A DNA stretch of 64,000 bases, taken from assembly GCA_964016885.1 (NCBI GenBank), contig OZ024742.1, positions 239,940,001-240,004,000 on the forward strand, read 5' to 3'. Within the stretch, counting starts at the first letter, position 1. The number at the start of each line of letters is the position of its first letter. This document shows positions 1 through 12,691 of the stretch, one piece after another. The notes below the pieces were generated by a model. It was given only the letters and a program-made list of their open reading frames with translations. It was not told the origin of the DNA and searched no databases. Position numbers and translations under genes: made by a program. This stretch comes from Eledone cirrhosa. Its lineage: Eukaryota.

Positions 1-80
1 TCTCCAGGATTCCGCAGTCCGTCCATCCATCCATCCATCCATCATATATCGAAGGCAACCGGGCAAGCGATAGTATAGGC

Positions 81-192
81 CTCTGGCTTATGATTGGTCC
101 GCGTAATAATAATAATGGTGATGCGTGGGGGGGGGGGGGCTCTGGCTTATGATTGGTCCACGTATTAAGAATGGTGGTGGGGGGGGGGGGGG
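81..192. repeat. Two tandem ~59-bp units, each with ATTGG (reverse CCAAT) followed by a poly-G run
   Basis: ctctggcttatgattggtcc(g/a)cgta at 81 and 140, each followed by ...aatggtg... and a G run. Confidence 0.75.
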
Positions 193-250
193 TAGCTAGC
201 TGGAAGGTTATGAATGTTTAACAAGCGATTTAACAAAAAGCAAAACTGCA

Positions 251-304
<54 letters not shown>

Positions 305-452
305 CCCATGCTACCGTGGAAGATAGACATTAAACGATGATGATGATTATATATATATACGGGTTTGTTAATTAAAATATAGTACATTTACTAGAGTACT
401 TTTTAATGTGATGCACTCATTTTTCTAAATGTTGCATATACAAAGTTATTAC

Positions 453-680
453 TTAACCGTTAACATCCTGTAAATATTTAGCATAAAATAACTAAAAACA
501 GTTTTGTTAATTCAAATGTTTATAGTATCTTTACTAATGGCCAAGTCATAGTGAACATTTGCAGTATTAGGAGAGTAAAGTCTTCAGTTTTTAATGTGAT
601 GCAGTCATAATGCAGATTTGTACTTTTCCAGAATGTCTTGCTAATACAGTTTCATATGATACAGGACGATTAATAGTTAA
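453..680 (+). mobile_element. TTAA-flanked MITE family C (~230 bp, piggyBac-like non-autonomous)
   Basis: Imperfect TIRs ttaaccgttaacatcctgta ... tacaggacgattaatagttaa. The same internal sequence recurs at ~5401, 7850-8415, 20491, 44347, 54840 and 61144. Confidence 0.75.
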
Positions 681-914
681 AAACTAAGGATGAATAGCAG
701 TACCCATAGCCTTTGCATGCCGATTTAGAAAGCCATTTAAAAAGTGTAGGCAGAGAGAATGAGGTTCCAGAGGAATACAGTTTTTAGTAGGAGGACTGGG
801 TATTTCTAACTTGTGAGAAATGATCTCTAAGAATCACTGTGTATATAGTGATATTTTAGTTAATGAATAATTTTTTTTTTTAATTCAGCAAGGATGACAA
901 CAGTGAATTGCAGA

Positions 915-1480
915 AGATGATAGAAATAAAGCCAGAGAAATGGAATGAGGTGGTTGGGTCATGTGTTGAGGAAGGATGAAAGTGACTGGTTGTTACTGTT
1001 TTTTACAGCTCATACCTATACAGGTTTAGCTGGTCTCCTATGAAGTTGCATCTCATATTAGATTTCTTGGGTGTTTTAATTATCACAGCCAATAGTTCTA
1101 TCATGAAAGGCTATGTGAAATGAAGCAATTTGCTCAACAACAAAGCGCACACCTCTATAAAGAAATTAAACCTATATAACATTGTGATCATGAGTCAAAT
1201 ATTGAGGAAGGGTGAATGTGACTGGGTGAGAGGAGTGATGGAAATAGAGGCAGCGATGAATGTTGTGAAGAGAAATAGAGTGTGATGGTTGAGTCGTGTG
1301 TTGAGGAAGGATGAAAGTGACTGAGTGAAAGGAGTGGTGGAAATGAATGTGGGAAGAAATAGAGAAAGAGGAAGACCAAAAAAGACATGGCTAAAAATGA
1401 GAGAGCAAGGAGTGAAAGGCAAAGCATTAGTGAAGAGAGGTGCAAGAAATAGGTTATGAGGCCTGCAAGAGTACTTTAAC
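915..1480 (+). mobile_element. Degenerate, internally repeated 3' end of an RTE-clade LINE, interrupted by a SINE
   Basis: Translates to remnants WLGHVLRKDESDW and WLSRVLRKDESD*VKGVVEMNVGRNRERGRPKKTW, matching the RTE C-terminus at 51.8-52.4 kb. Confidence 0.65.
1000..1187 (-). mobile_element. SINE family B fragment
   Basis: tttacagctcatacctatacaggtttagctggtctcctatgaagttgcatctcata... is the reverse complement of the tail of the 10409/31633/47925 copies. Confidence 0.7.
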
Positions 1481-1619
1481 AAAGAAAATGGCCTTAAAAC
1501 GCTTGTATAATCTAAAATGTTTTTCTGGCCAGAGAAGAAAAAAACAGTAACCTTATATCTTAAGGTACAATATTCTTTAGCTAATATGTTCTCATTTCTT
1601 TTTCTTTTACCTTCTTTTA

Positions 1620-2200
1620 TTGGCTTCAGTCACTAAGCTGTGACCATACTGGGACACCATCTTGAAGGTATTTAGTCAATCATCTCAACCGCAGTACTTT
1701 TTTTTTCTTTTTTTTTTTCAAATCTGGCATTTATTTTATCATTCTCTAAGTTCTGAACTACTAAGTTATGGGACTAAATATAGAGACATGAACGCACACA
1801 CGTACACACACACACGGGTATATACATATATATGGTGGGCTTCTGCAGTTTCCATCTCCTAAATTTCACTCATATGGGATTGGTTAACCTTTTAATGTTC
1901 AAACCGGCCAGAATTCTCTACCTTTTTCTGTTGAAACTGGCTGTAACTGGTCACTCAAACTGATGTTAAGGTATTGTTCTCAAAATAAATACTTTCAAAA
2001 TCTCATAGATTCGATATTATGTGAGATAATTATGCGAGGTAAAGCCTTTACCATGAAAATATAATAGTATATATATATAGAGTAATGTGAATGCTAAAGA
2101 GTAAAACCCAGATTATAAGTAGAAGGCACTTGCCCAATCTACCACACTGTGGAACTGGACTCCCAAACTAGACATATGCCAAGTGAGCTCCTTAAGCACT
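1620..2200 (-). mobile_element. SINE family C (tRNA-like head, CORE-like body), split by a MITE
   Basis: Homologous to 56708-57007 and 59658-59970 (ttcagtca..ctg..ccat.ctggg, ctaagttatggg, agtagaag.cacttgcccaa); interrupted at 1884-2105. Confidence 0.65.
1884..2105 (-). mobile_element. TTAA-flanked MITE family B (piggyBac-like)
   Basis: Reverse-complement homolog of 57063-57278; starts ttaacctttt and ends tgctaaagagtaaa. Confidence 0.75.
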
Positions 2201-4027
2201 CAACTGAAAGTGAAAATCTTCATTCAGTATAATTGTTTCATTATAGAACTATGAAATAAACAGCTAAGTACTAAAAGTAATAGGATACTTAAGATTTGCC
2301 AAATATTGAATGAAACAAAAGGTATAAAGATAAAAAATATAACAGAAGAAAAACAGCAAAATTGATAAAAGTTGAAACTAATATAGTCTTAGATAAGACA
2401 TTTTCTTCTTTTACATAAAACCTGCCAAAAATTCTATATTAGAAGCTACAACTTGATGCCGCCCACAGAATAAATCAAGTAAAAAAGAAAAAATGTATTT
2501 CAGAGTTGAGTTTGTCTAGAAAGTAACTTGATTTGAGACCGTGTGCTGAAACTAAAGCAATTACATCATGAAATAGTCATTTTAGCCATTCAAAAAACAT
2601 CAAAACTGTTAACTTCACTTCACATAGATCATTTATTTTCTGGTGTCAAAATTTCCATTCCACTGTAAGCAAATACAGGCTCAGTTATGAAATGCTTCTA
2701 TTTTAATGAAGAAAAAAAAAACAATAAAATTATTTACAGTTCACACCTATGCAGGTTTAACTGGCCTCCTATGAAGTTGCATTCTCATAGGCAGTTTCTT
2801 GGGTGTCTTATCATGAAAAGCAGCATGAAATGAAACATCTTGCTCAAGAACACAATGCACTGCCCAGGAATCAAACTCACAACCACTACGCCATTCATTT
2901 ATGTAAAATGAATTTAAGAGGATTCATTTTTCTTTTCTTTTTTTTTTAATGGCTAAAATTACTCTTTTACAACGTAATTGCAAAAATTGTATTATTTTGC
3001 TAAAATCAGCTCATTTTGTTTGAGGATTGGCTTCATCACATTTTAATTACAATGACAGAATTATTAAAAAGATAATTAGTTTGCAACAAAAAGAAAATGA
3101 CTAAAAATATTTCAATGTACATTTGATTGTAGTAAAAGCTACTTAAAATATATGCTTATGATAACACTCACTCACTCACTCACTCACTCACTCTATCTCT
3201 CTCTCTCTCTCTCTCTTAATGAATTAGAAAAAATTCAAATAAATATTTATGGTTCCAAGAAATGGCTGTTGTTTTTGTAAATTTAACTGTTTTGCTACCC
3301 AACCATCTGAAACTGCTCTTGTATATTTATCTAAAAACCTTCCAACATAATTTTATATAAAAATCCGTTTCAAGTTATGTTCCAAACACCAGCTTAATAA
3401 CAATAAAGTTAGTTAAAATTACTAAAGACTTCCAAATCTTTTTTTATTATTTTCAAATTTATTTGAAAATCACATACAGTACAGGGGTCAATTCATTCTC
3501 ATTTCCTTTTCTCACTGTCTTTCACACACATTTTCTCTGAAAGAAATTGGTTGTTTTCACACCTGCAAAGGGATGGGATGCCAATGTAAATGTTAGGGTA
3601 ACCCAGCTCTATGGGTGCTTGATGCTCAAATGGTTGGTTGAGACAGTTTATACCCTTTTGAAACCAGCCTGGCCAGGTATCAAACTCATGTTCTATGAAA
3701 CAAAAACAATTCATTTATACGGTTTCTATTTAAATTAAAATCTTTCAACATAATTTTATAGAAAAACAGTATATTAAATTGCTATCCTTGTAATGAAATA
3801 ATATATAAGTTTAGTAAATCCCTCAAAATTCTTCACTGATCAATTGAAATATTAGAAATAAGTCAAGTCATATGGCTTGCATGTTCAATTCCTGGATAGA
3901 GAAGCACATTGTGTTCTTAAGAAAAATACTTTTATTACATTGCTCCTGCCAGGAGTTGCAATTAGCTCTATTTCCTGTATTTCGTTAGTAATGCAGTCAT
4001 GAAAGGGTTAAAAAAAACCCATACAGA

Positions 4028-4227
4028 AATAATAATAATAATAATTGTTTCTACTTTAGACACAAGGCCAGCAATTACCCAGTGGATTACTGGTACTTTA
4101 TTTTATCGACCCCGTAAGGATGAAAGGCAAAGTCAACCTCGGCGGGATTTGAACTCAGATCGTAAAGGGACGTAACTATGCTGGAAAGCATGGCGTCCGA
4201 CCCTCTACCGATACTGCCAATCCACAA
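4028..4227 (-). mobile_element. tRNA-derived SINE family A (~190 bp, (TTA)n tail)
   Basis: Minus strand has A-box-like tggcagtatcggtag and B-box gagttcaaatccc, body ctttgcctttcatccttacggggtcgataaaataaagtaccag, and a TTA tail; close match to 60314-60497. Confidence 0.85.
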
Positions 4228-4405
4228 TAGCAAACGGGCTTCTATTGTCAATGTTATGAATCTAATCTTCTCATTTGCTGTTGCTGCTCAGGTTACTAGA
4301 TTATTTTTGTAGCTATTGTTAATTTTTTCATTGAATAATAGATAGAGCATTAAAGAGTATTAAGTCACTTGTTAATAAGAACTTGCCGAATTTAATTATC
4401 ATCAT

Positions 4406-5105
4406 CGGGTACACAAGAGATGTAGCGGGATCTGAGGAAGCTTAACTAAGAATGTAGGCTTCACATGTAGCAGCTGTGCTGGGACAGCAAGCAGCAAACA
4501 GCCACAGGAAACAAGTACCACCAAACTCTGGGAGGGCTCTGTAGAAACAGTAGACAGCTTCTGCTACCCAGGTGACCGAATTAGCAGCGGAGGTGGGTGT
4601 TCGGAAAGTACAATAACTAGGGTAAGAACGGGATGGAAGAGGTTCAGGGAGCTACTGCCACTGCTAGCTGCAAAAGGCTTTTCCCTCAAAATGAAAGGCA
4701 GACTGTATGATGCGTGTATACGAACAGTAATGTTACATGGTAGTGAGACCTGGGCACTGTGTGTGGAAGACTTGCGTAGATTAGAAAGAAACGAAGCCTG
4801 CATGCTCCGATGGATGTGTAATAGTAATATACGCGAACAGCAAAGCATAAATGAATTGAGAGACTGAGCATAAGAGGAATCAAATGCTGTGTGCAGGAGA
4901 GGCGGTTGCGTTGGTATGGACATGTGATGCGTATGAAGGATGACAGCTGCATAAAAAGGTGCAGAGCACTAGAAGTCAATGGAAACCGCGGAGTGGGGAG
5001 ACCCAAGAAGACCTGGGATGAGGTGATAAAAGCCAACCTTACCCAATTACACCTCTCAAAGGCGATGACCCACAACCGTGACCTCTGGCGTCACGTAGTA
5101 ATACA
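4406..5105 (+). mobile_element. 5'-truncated RTE-clade LINE fragment (Cys/His finger remnant plus C-terminal region), frameshifted
   Basis: RVHKRCSGI*GSLTKNVGFTCSSC ... ETVDSFCYPGD ... RTGWKRFRELLPLL ... VMLHGSETW ... ERRLRWYGHVMRM ... GRPKKTW. Confidence 0.9.
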
Positions 5106-5400
5106 GGGCAGACTGGGTGCTTTTTGTTTTCACCACACAACCACTTTATAGGATGGACTGGGTGCTTTTTGTCGTGTCACCAACACAACCCCTTTACAGA
5201 ATGGACCAGGTGCTTTTTATCATGTCACCACATGACCTCAGAAATACATTAGAGGAAGAATGAGTACTATTCTCTGGTGTTGTTTTCATTGTTTCATCCC
5301 AGGTCAACCCTGATTGAGTAAACCTGTGATCAGATGTATTCCAGTAATGACCATCCAATCGTTTTAGTTGTTTGACTACATTGTCAAGTATATCATTTCT

Positions 5401-5622
5401 CTAACTCTTTATATCCTGTAATTATTTATAAGAAATATAAAAAGAAAAGGAGTTTGTTAATTTAAATGTTTATAGCACCATTACTAGTGTACAGATTGTT
5501 GTGAAAATTTGCAGTATCAGTAAAGACATTAATTTTTAATATGATGCAGTCATAGTATTGTTTTGTACTTTTCAACAATGTCTTGCTAATATGATTTCTT
5601 GTGGTACAGGATATTAAGCGTT
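5401..5622 (+). mobile_element. MITE family C copy
   Basis: ctaactctttatatcctgta ... tacaggatattaagcgtt; internal homology to 453-680. Confidence 0.7.
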
Positions 5623-5829
5623 GGGATGTGCCTGTTAATTTCTAGCAAATTGTATGACCATGTGGAGGGTGTTACACACCCTTTTTTTTTTCCAATGAAT
5701 AACCTTTCAATATAGCACAATTTCCATTGATATTGAGTCCTAATCGTGTGATGGCTGAATGGAATGTTTGGGCCTAAAAGGAGAGGGGTGGTGACTGGAT
5801 TATTTTTTTTCTTTTTAATCCTGGTCAAT

Positions 5830-6582
5830 TCATCATCATCATCATTTAACGTCTATCTTTCACGCTAGCATGGGTTTAGACGGGAATTGTTCCACTTGAG
5901 GCAAGATTGGTCGGGTGACCATGTCTGGCAAGTTTTCTACGGCTAGATGCCCTTCCTAACACCAACCACATTTACAGTGTGGACTGGGAGGTTTTTACTG
6001 TGTTACCTACACGGCCACATTACAGCGTGGACTGTGTGTGTTTTTTGTTTTGTTTTGTTTTGTCGTGACACCTACCTGACCTCATTTATTTTGGGCTGGA
6101 TGTTGTGGTACCAACATAACTTTACAGAGAAAGAGTGGTGTTGGTGGGAGTGGGAGGGTGGAGTGGGGGTAGTGGATTGGGGTGTATGTTTGGTTAAGAG
6201 GTGCCTACTGACTGTAGGTTTTGCTTTGTACATAGGCAAGGCGGGTCTTCTGTATTACTGCATAGCGCCAAAGATCTCGGTCCAGTGACATTGTCTTAGA
6301 GAGGTGCAAGTGTGTAAGGTCGGAATTTATCAGATCGTCCCAGGTTTTTCTGGTTCTACCTACTCTGTAACTTCCATTAATTTTGATCGCCCTTCACTTT
6401 TTTATACAGCTGTCGTCTTTCATGCGCATCACATGACCATACCAACATAGTCTTCTCTCAAGTAAACAGCATCTTATCCCTCTTATTCCTAATTCCTCAC
6501 TTAGTTAATTTATGTTTTGCCGTTCACGTATATTAATTACTATTACACATCCAACAGAGCATGCCTGCTTCGTTCCTTTCCC

Positions 6583-6585
<3 letters not shown>
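5830..6585 (-). mobile_element. RTE LINE 3' fragment with long 3' extension and (GAT)n tail
   Basis: Reverse-complement homolog of ~24940-25677; minus strand encodes ...WYGHVMRMKDDSCIKK...; ends gacgttaaatgatgatgat; 5' end abuts (TA)n. Confidence 0.85.
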
Positions 6586-6641
<56 letters not shown>

Positions 6642-7849
6642 TTATAAAACATTTAAAATGTCATATTGATCTTTAATACTTGGTGGTTGTTTCTAATTAA
6701 CTGATGGGATTTCCATGATGTCAGCTTGTTATTCTGTATTACCTTAGCTCACCAAACATTAAGCTATCTTTCTCTAGACTAGCATTGTAACCAGAGTGAA
6801 GGATTATATCCTCTGATCAATGCTGTGAAACCAAAGGTAGCTTAAACCCTTTAAAACACATACAAATTGGGATTTCTTCCCCTCCTTTTTACAATGGCTA
6901 AATAGATAAAGTTGGGTCTCTTGGTCAAATAATCATGAGATCTTATCCTATTACAATCACTGTGTTGTATCCAGAATAAAGACTGCATTTTTGCAAGTGA
7001 AATTATCCTACATTCATTATTACCATTTAATGTTTATTTGCTGTACGTGCATTAGTTAGATGAGTTGTCACGTTCTGAAACTTGTCTTGTCATATGACAG
7101 TTTGTATGGCTAGAAGCCCTTCCTAATACCAACCACATAGGATTTACTGGTAGCATTATCACCTTAAAGAGGAATTGTGTGTATTTTATAGTAATACCAA
7201 CACTTCCACTTTACAGACAGGGCTGAGTGCATTTTATTATGGTACCAGCACTACTACTATGTTACAACACAATAGAAAAACAAAATAAAAACAGAAGAGA
7301 CAATACTAGCTGTATACCATTAGAAAAATATGGAAATTGTTGAGTAGTTTGGTACTTTACAATGGTAAGCTCTGAATACATAAAAAAAAAAACATGTTAA
7401 AATTATTCTTTCTACATCATCAACAATGGGAGAGAGAGAAGTTTGGCTTTTCTTGCCATTACCAATTCCAGTTACTAAGCAACTACTGACTTTTAAAGCA
7501 GAATTGTTTAGGTCACCTAGATAACATAGCTTATTTAATATTTAATGAATTATTACTGCAATCCATCGCCTTTTTCTTCATGGCCAGACTTTATGAATTG
7601 TCAATTCTGTGTTAATGAACTTAGTGCAAAAACAAGGCTAAGTTCACTGCCAGATTACCTAAAGTGTCATTTCAGTCAGTCTCTCTCTCATCAGTTAAGG
7701 CAATGAGTGCTCTAGTTGTATGAACAATAGGACAGTCTACTCTTGAATTTAACATGAAAGTGGCTGAGCATGCCACTGACACAGGTGGAGAGTAAAAGAT
7801 ATTACCAACAAAATTTTTTTTTAACTCCTTACATTCTATACCAGATGAA

Positions 7850-8415
7850 ACCACATTAGCAAGTCATACTTGAAAATTACAAAACAACACTATAACTGCA
7901 TCACATTACAAATGAGTGGTTACTATCAATTTTCAACAATCTGTCCACTAGTAAAAATACTATAAACATATGGATAAGCTAACTACATTAGCAAGATATT
8001 CTTGAAAGGTACAAAACAACAATACAACTGCATCACATTACAAATTAAGGTATTTATTTAATACTGCAAATTATTGCCATTTTTCCATTTGTAAAGATAC
8101 TATAAGCATTTGAATTTTAAAAAAACATATTGGCAAGACATTCTTGAAAAGTACAAAAAAGCACTATGATGCATCATATTGCAAATTATAATCTTTGATA
8201 CAGTAAATTTTTACAACACACTGTCCATTAGTAAACATACTATAAACATTTGAATTAACTCGTTTTTAAACATTTTCTGCTAAAATTATTGCAGGATGTT
8301 AAGAGATAATACTGCAAATTTTCACAATCTGTCCACCAGTAAAGATATTATAAACATTTGAATTAACAAACTGGTTTTAGGTTTATTTTCTGCTAAATAG
8401 GGTGTTATGAGTTAA
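7850..8415 (-). mobile_element. Cluster of 3-4 partial tandem copies of MITE family C
   Basis: Repeated acattagcaag...cttgaaa..tacaaaaca...ctgcatcacattacaaat...gtccactagtaaa.atactataaacat units. Confidence 0.65.
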
Positions 8416-9463
8416 GCAGATGACGATAATGGAGAACATTGTCATGGAAACGAGACTAACTAACAGACAGACATTTTCAGATAAGAAAAGTTGAACCAGG
8501 TGAAAAAATTATTAAATATTGGTTTCTATGGCCTGCCTGTGTTTCAATAATAAATAGTGTTCCTGAGGATATTGCACACATAATTAAACAATATCTTCTT
8601 CGTGATCAACTGCTAAGCTATGACTGATAAAAGGGTATTAAATACACAAAAATGCAATTTATCATGTGAATATTTTCTACAAATTACTTTTCATTTTTAT
8701 CATTATTATTTTGATAAAAACCAAAAGAAAGAAAAAATTGCTAAATAATGATTTTAGTTTAATATGAACCTAAAGCCCAGTCAAGAACAGAAGTGAAGCC
8801 ATTGAAATAATAGATAAGCATGGGTTGTTGTTGTTTTTAACTGATTAAAGAAATGGTTTTCATAGTATCAAAACCATACTATCTTGTATTTTTTTTTACA
8901 TTACACAAATTAAATTATGTAAAAAAAACTTCCATTACCTTCTAACAACAAGGATGATTAATCTTTTACATGAAAATGCCATATATATATATATACACAC
9001 ACACACACTCATATAGAGAGATATCTTCATGCACACACACTCACATAGAGTTAGGAGGAGTAAAGGACAAACGCTTTCATAATAATGAGAGAATTATTGC
9101 ACTGACCAATAATATAAAATAATATATACACTTCCAACTAATATACACTGCCTGGAGCATGGGGGAGAGGGGGCAGGTGGGGGTAGAGAAATTTACCAGA
9201 ACACTGCTAGCAAGGCACAGAATCTAACATCTGGCAGCAACATAGCATGAAATTGGCAAATTAAAAGTCAAATATCACAGGACTACCCTTTCATTTCCTA
9301 GATCAACAAGCAATCAATACATTTTAACTAGTCGAGCAGAACTAGAGACAAGCTTTACAGGAAGTGTGATCCAATCGCATAAAATAGATTTTAAAATGTC
9401 AGCAATGATTGCTTAAGTTAGTTTGTATTATCTTAATGGGTTTTAAATGGACTAGTTTTTGTT

Positions 9464-9525
<62 letters not shown>

Positions 9526-9557
9526 TAAAAGATATATATATACATACACAATAAATA

Positions 9558-9606
<49 letters not shown>

Positions 9607-10408
9607 CATATTATGCATACTCCAGTCCCACAAACTGTAGAGTGCTTCTTATCCAATATCTGCATTGCTTTATTGTACTACAATAAAACTCACCTCCTAC
9701 ATATATATATATATATATACATACATATTAAACTTTCCACACTATTTCTTCAAAAGATTGCTTATAATGGGAAATGTTTAACCCCTTTGATACTACATAA
9801 CCTGGAACTAGCAATGGCTCTATGATACAACACTGTTTATCTTAAAGTGCTTTATTTATATTTATCTATAAAAAAAAACTTCCATCATTATTTTATATAT
9901 GAACCTTTGTTATGAACCTTGTTATGTTCCAAACACGACCTTAATAATCCCTGATTATTTTCAAAATTATCTGAAAATTATAGGCAACGTTTTTTTTTCT
10001 TTTTACCATTAGAAAGGTTTACATTATGTACCAAACACTAGCTTAACCCTTTTAATAACAAACTTCCTGTTACCACCCCTGATGCTAAAATAAAAACCTT
10101 CCATCATAATTTTATTTAAGAAACTTTAAGTTATGCTCCAAACAGCAAAATAATGAGAATTTTTATTATTTTCAAAATGAGAGCCAGTGTATTTCATTTG
10201 AAATATGGTAACGAACAAGTTAAATGAACTAGTTTATATTCACACACACAAACAACAACAACAACAGCAACAGTAACATATATAAATATTTGAATTTCCG
10301 CACTATTTCTTCAAAAGATTACCTATAATGGAAAACATTTAATGTTTTACTGGTAGTTCTATTGATAATTCCAATTCAAAAAATGTCTGTAAGATTCCTA
10401 TATAAGAA

Positions 10409-10718
10409 GTGAAGGTGATGTGGCCTAGTAGTTAGGGTGTTGGACTCATGGTCATAAGGTCATGAGGTTACTTCCTGGATTGCACATTGTGTTCTTGACC
10501 AAAACACTTCATTTCATATTGCTTTTCCTGATAGAACTGGAGCTCCTATCATTAAAACACCCAAGCTCCTTCGAGATGCAATCTCATAGGTGGCCAGCTA
10601 GACTTCTATAACTGTGAGCTGTTACAACAATATCATCATCGGACTGGGATCCCTGTCATTAAAACACCCAAGAAACTTCCTATGAGACACAACTTCATAG
10701 GAGTGAGCTGTAAATTAC
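10409..10718 (+). mobile_element. tRNA-derived SINE family B with CORE-like block and partly duplicated tail
   Basis: A-box tggcctagtagttagg, degenerate B-box, ttgtgttcttgaccaaaacactt (CORE-like), tail tcattaaaacacccaag...gtgagctgt present twice. More than ten further copies or fragments, e.g. 2735, 19145, 32770, 41790, 42255, 49445, 57490, 57845, 63515. Confidence 0.75.
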
Positions 10719-11514
10719 ATTTTGTTTTTTAATTCCAATTCAATAATAAGACTTCTATAAAAGGGGTCAAAAGAAATGAGACTAAAGTTGCTTTCAAGAA
10801 TGAACAGAAAACTCATCTTCACTTAACCCTTTAGCATTTACATTACTCTATACTGGCAGTGGTTTTCTGCTTTTGGTCTAGTGTAGTATAGTGTGCATAT
10901 TTATATTATATGCAAATATACATGCATGTAGATATGATATGTCAAATAAAATCGTAAATGACAATATACTCAGAAATTGAAGAGAGACTGTGTTACACTC
11001 TTTTCTGTAATCAGTAAAGTAATCCAGGATACATTTAAAAAAGACGATATTATATATAAACTGCATTACGGTGAAATGTAATGAAACCTTATATAATGAT
11101 GCAAATATATGGATGTTTATATAAGCAATGTAATAAGTGTTATGATATAACGGATGCTAACCGGAAGTGTAGACATTTGAAAATTTTAAAAGAAGTGAAT
11201 CTTAAAATAAGCGATCATCTCCTTATAATATTATAACCAGCAATTTCTGTCTGTCTGTCTGTCCGACAGTGGAAACACGTGCGCGCGTGGTTGCTATATC
11301 TCTCTCTCTCTCTCTCTCTCTCTCCAGCTATCCCTCTCTTTTAGTCTATCTGTTTCTGTTTCTCTCACTCTCACTCTTTCTCTTTGTAACACACTAACAT
11401 TCCTCCCCTCTATCGGTGCCGAATGGGGAGAAGGAGGAGGAGAGAGTCACTTCGTCACTTCACCTCTGCCTTTCTTTCTCTCCCCTCTCACTCCCTCATT
11501 ACGTACAGACATTA

Positions 11515-11708
11515 GGGCGATGGATTGGCAGAATCTGTAGAGAGTCGGACACCATGCTTCATAGCATGGAGTTACGTCCCTTTACGGTCTGAGTTCAAAT
11601 ACCGCCGAGGTTAACTTTGCTTTTCATCCTCACAGGGTCGATAAAATAAAGTACCAGTAATGTACTGGGTAATTGCTGGCCTTGTGCCAAAAGTAGAAAC
11701 AATTATTA
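11515..11708 (+). mobile_element. SINE family A inserted in the Helitron
   Basis: tggcagaatctgtag...gagttcaaatacc...gggtcgataaaataaagtaccag...agaaacaattatta. Confidence 0.85.
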
Positions 11709-11825
11709 GAAACATTGCTTCGTTTTTACATATCTAAGCATTAGTAAAATAACTAATAATTTCAAAAGTAATTTTTCAATTCCAATTGTTATGAACAGCA
11801 AAACATTAATAATAATTTTGTTCTA

Positions 11826-11852
11826 AGAAATATATATACATTTCTGTGTGTG

Positions 11853-11903
<51 letters not shown>

Positions 11904-12016
11904 CACACACAGAAATATATATATATGCACACAGAAATATATATACATTTCTGTGTGTGTCTGTGTGTGTAATATATATATATACACACAGAAATATATA
12001 TACATTTCTGTGTGTG

Positions 12017-12069
<53 letters not shown>

Positions 12070-12111
12070 GAAATATATATACATTTCTGTGTGTGTAATA
12101 TATATATATAT

Positions 12112-12165
<54 letters not shown>

Positions 12166-12170
12166 TATAT
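11826..12170. repeat. Minisatellite built from a self-complementary unit cacacagaaat-atatatac-atttctgtgtg separated by (TA)n/(CA)n
   Basis: Unit or half-unit visible ~5-6 times. Confidence 0.85.
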
Positions 12171-12691
12171 GGGCATTTCTCTGTTTGTCTGTCTGTCTGT
12201 CCTTCCCTAAAACTCAAATGTAGGTGCTACAGAAATATTACCTTCCCCCTTCCTTTCTCCACTTTGGTACTACCAAGAGAAACACTGTCGCTATAGAAAC
12301 ATTACCTTCCCCTCTCCGCTGACTTTGGTCACTGAGGCCGAGGGAATCGCTGGTTGCTATAGAGACACCTTGCACAAGCCAGAAGTAACCAGTTCGAGGC
12401 GGTTCTGATTTGACACCATGCCAAGGACCATTTGAAGATATATTTCCATCGTTATATCATAACGTTTATATTTCTGTCACTAATCTCTTTTTCTCCTTTT
12501 TCGTTTTAACATATATTTATTTCAAAGATTTCACCGTATAGATAACATATATATTTATACATGCATAAAAGACACACCGAGAGACGGTGAACATGTGGTG
12601 CCGAAAACATTTCTCATCCAAATCTCAACAATATCAGTATATACACTAGATTTGCTAGCAGAAAACCGCCCACCGGGTGGTTTTCTGCTAG

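Larger units (their letters stand above)
11218..12691 (+). mobile_element. Non-autonomous Helitron-like element
   Basis: 5' A|TCtccttataatattataa...(ctgt)n; 3' hairpin ctagcagaaaacc-gcccaccgggt-ggttttctgCTAG|T. The 5' end could instead be 11215. Confidence 0.75.

Noticed and set aside
4100-4227. tRNA genes at SINE heads (also 11515, 23174, 60314)
   Set aside because: A/B boxes are present but no complete cloverleaf was seen; they continue into repeated SINE bodies and tails.
7660-7700. Minus-strand CUGAUGA...GAAA as a hammerhead
   Set aside because: No credible stem II or stem I pairing.
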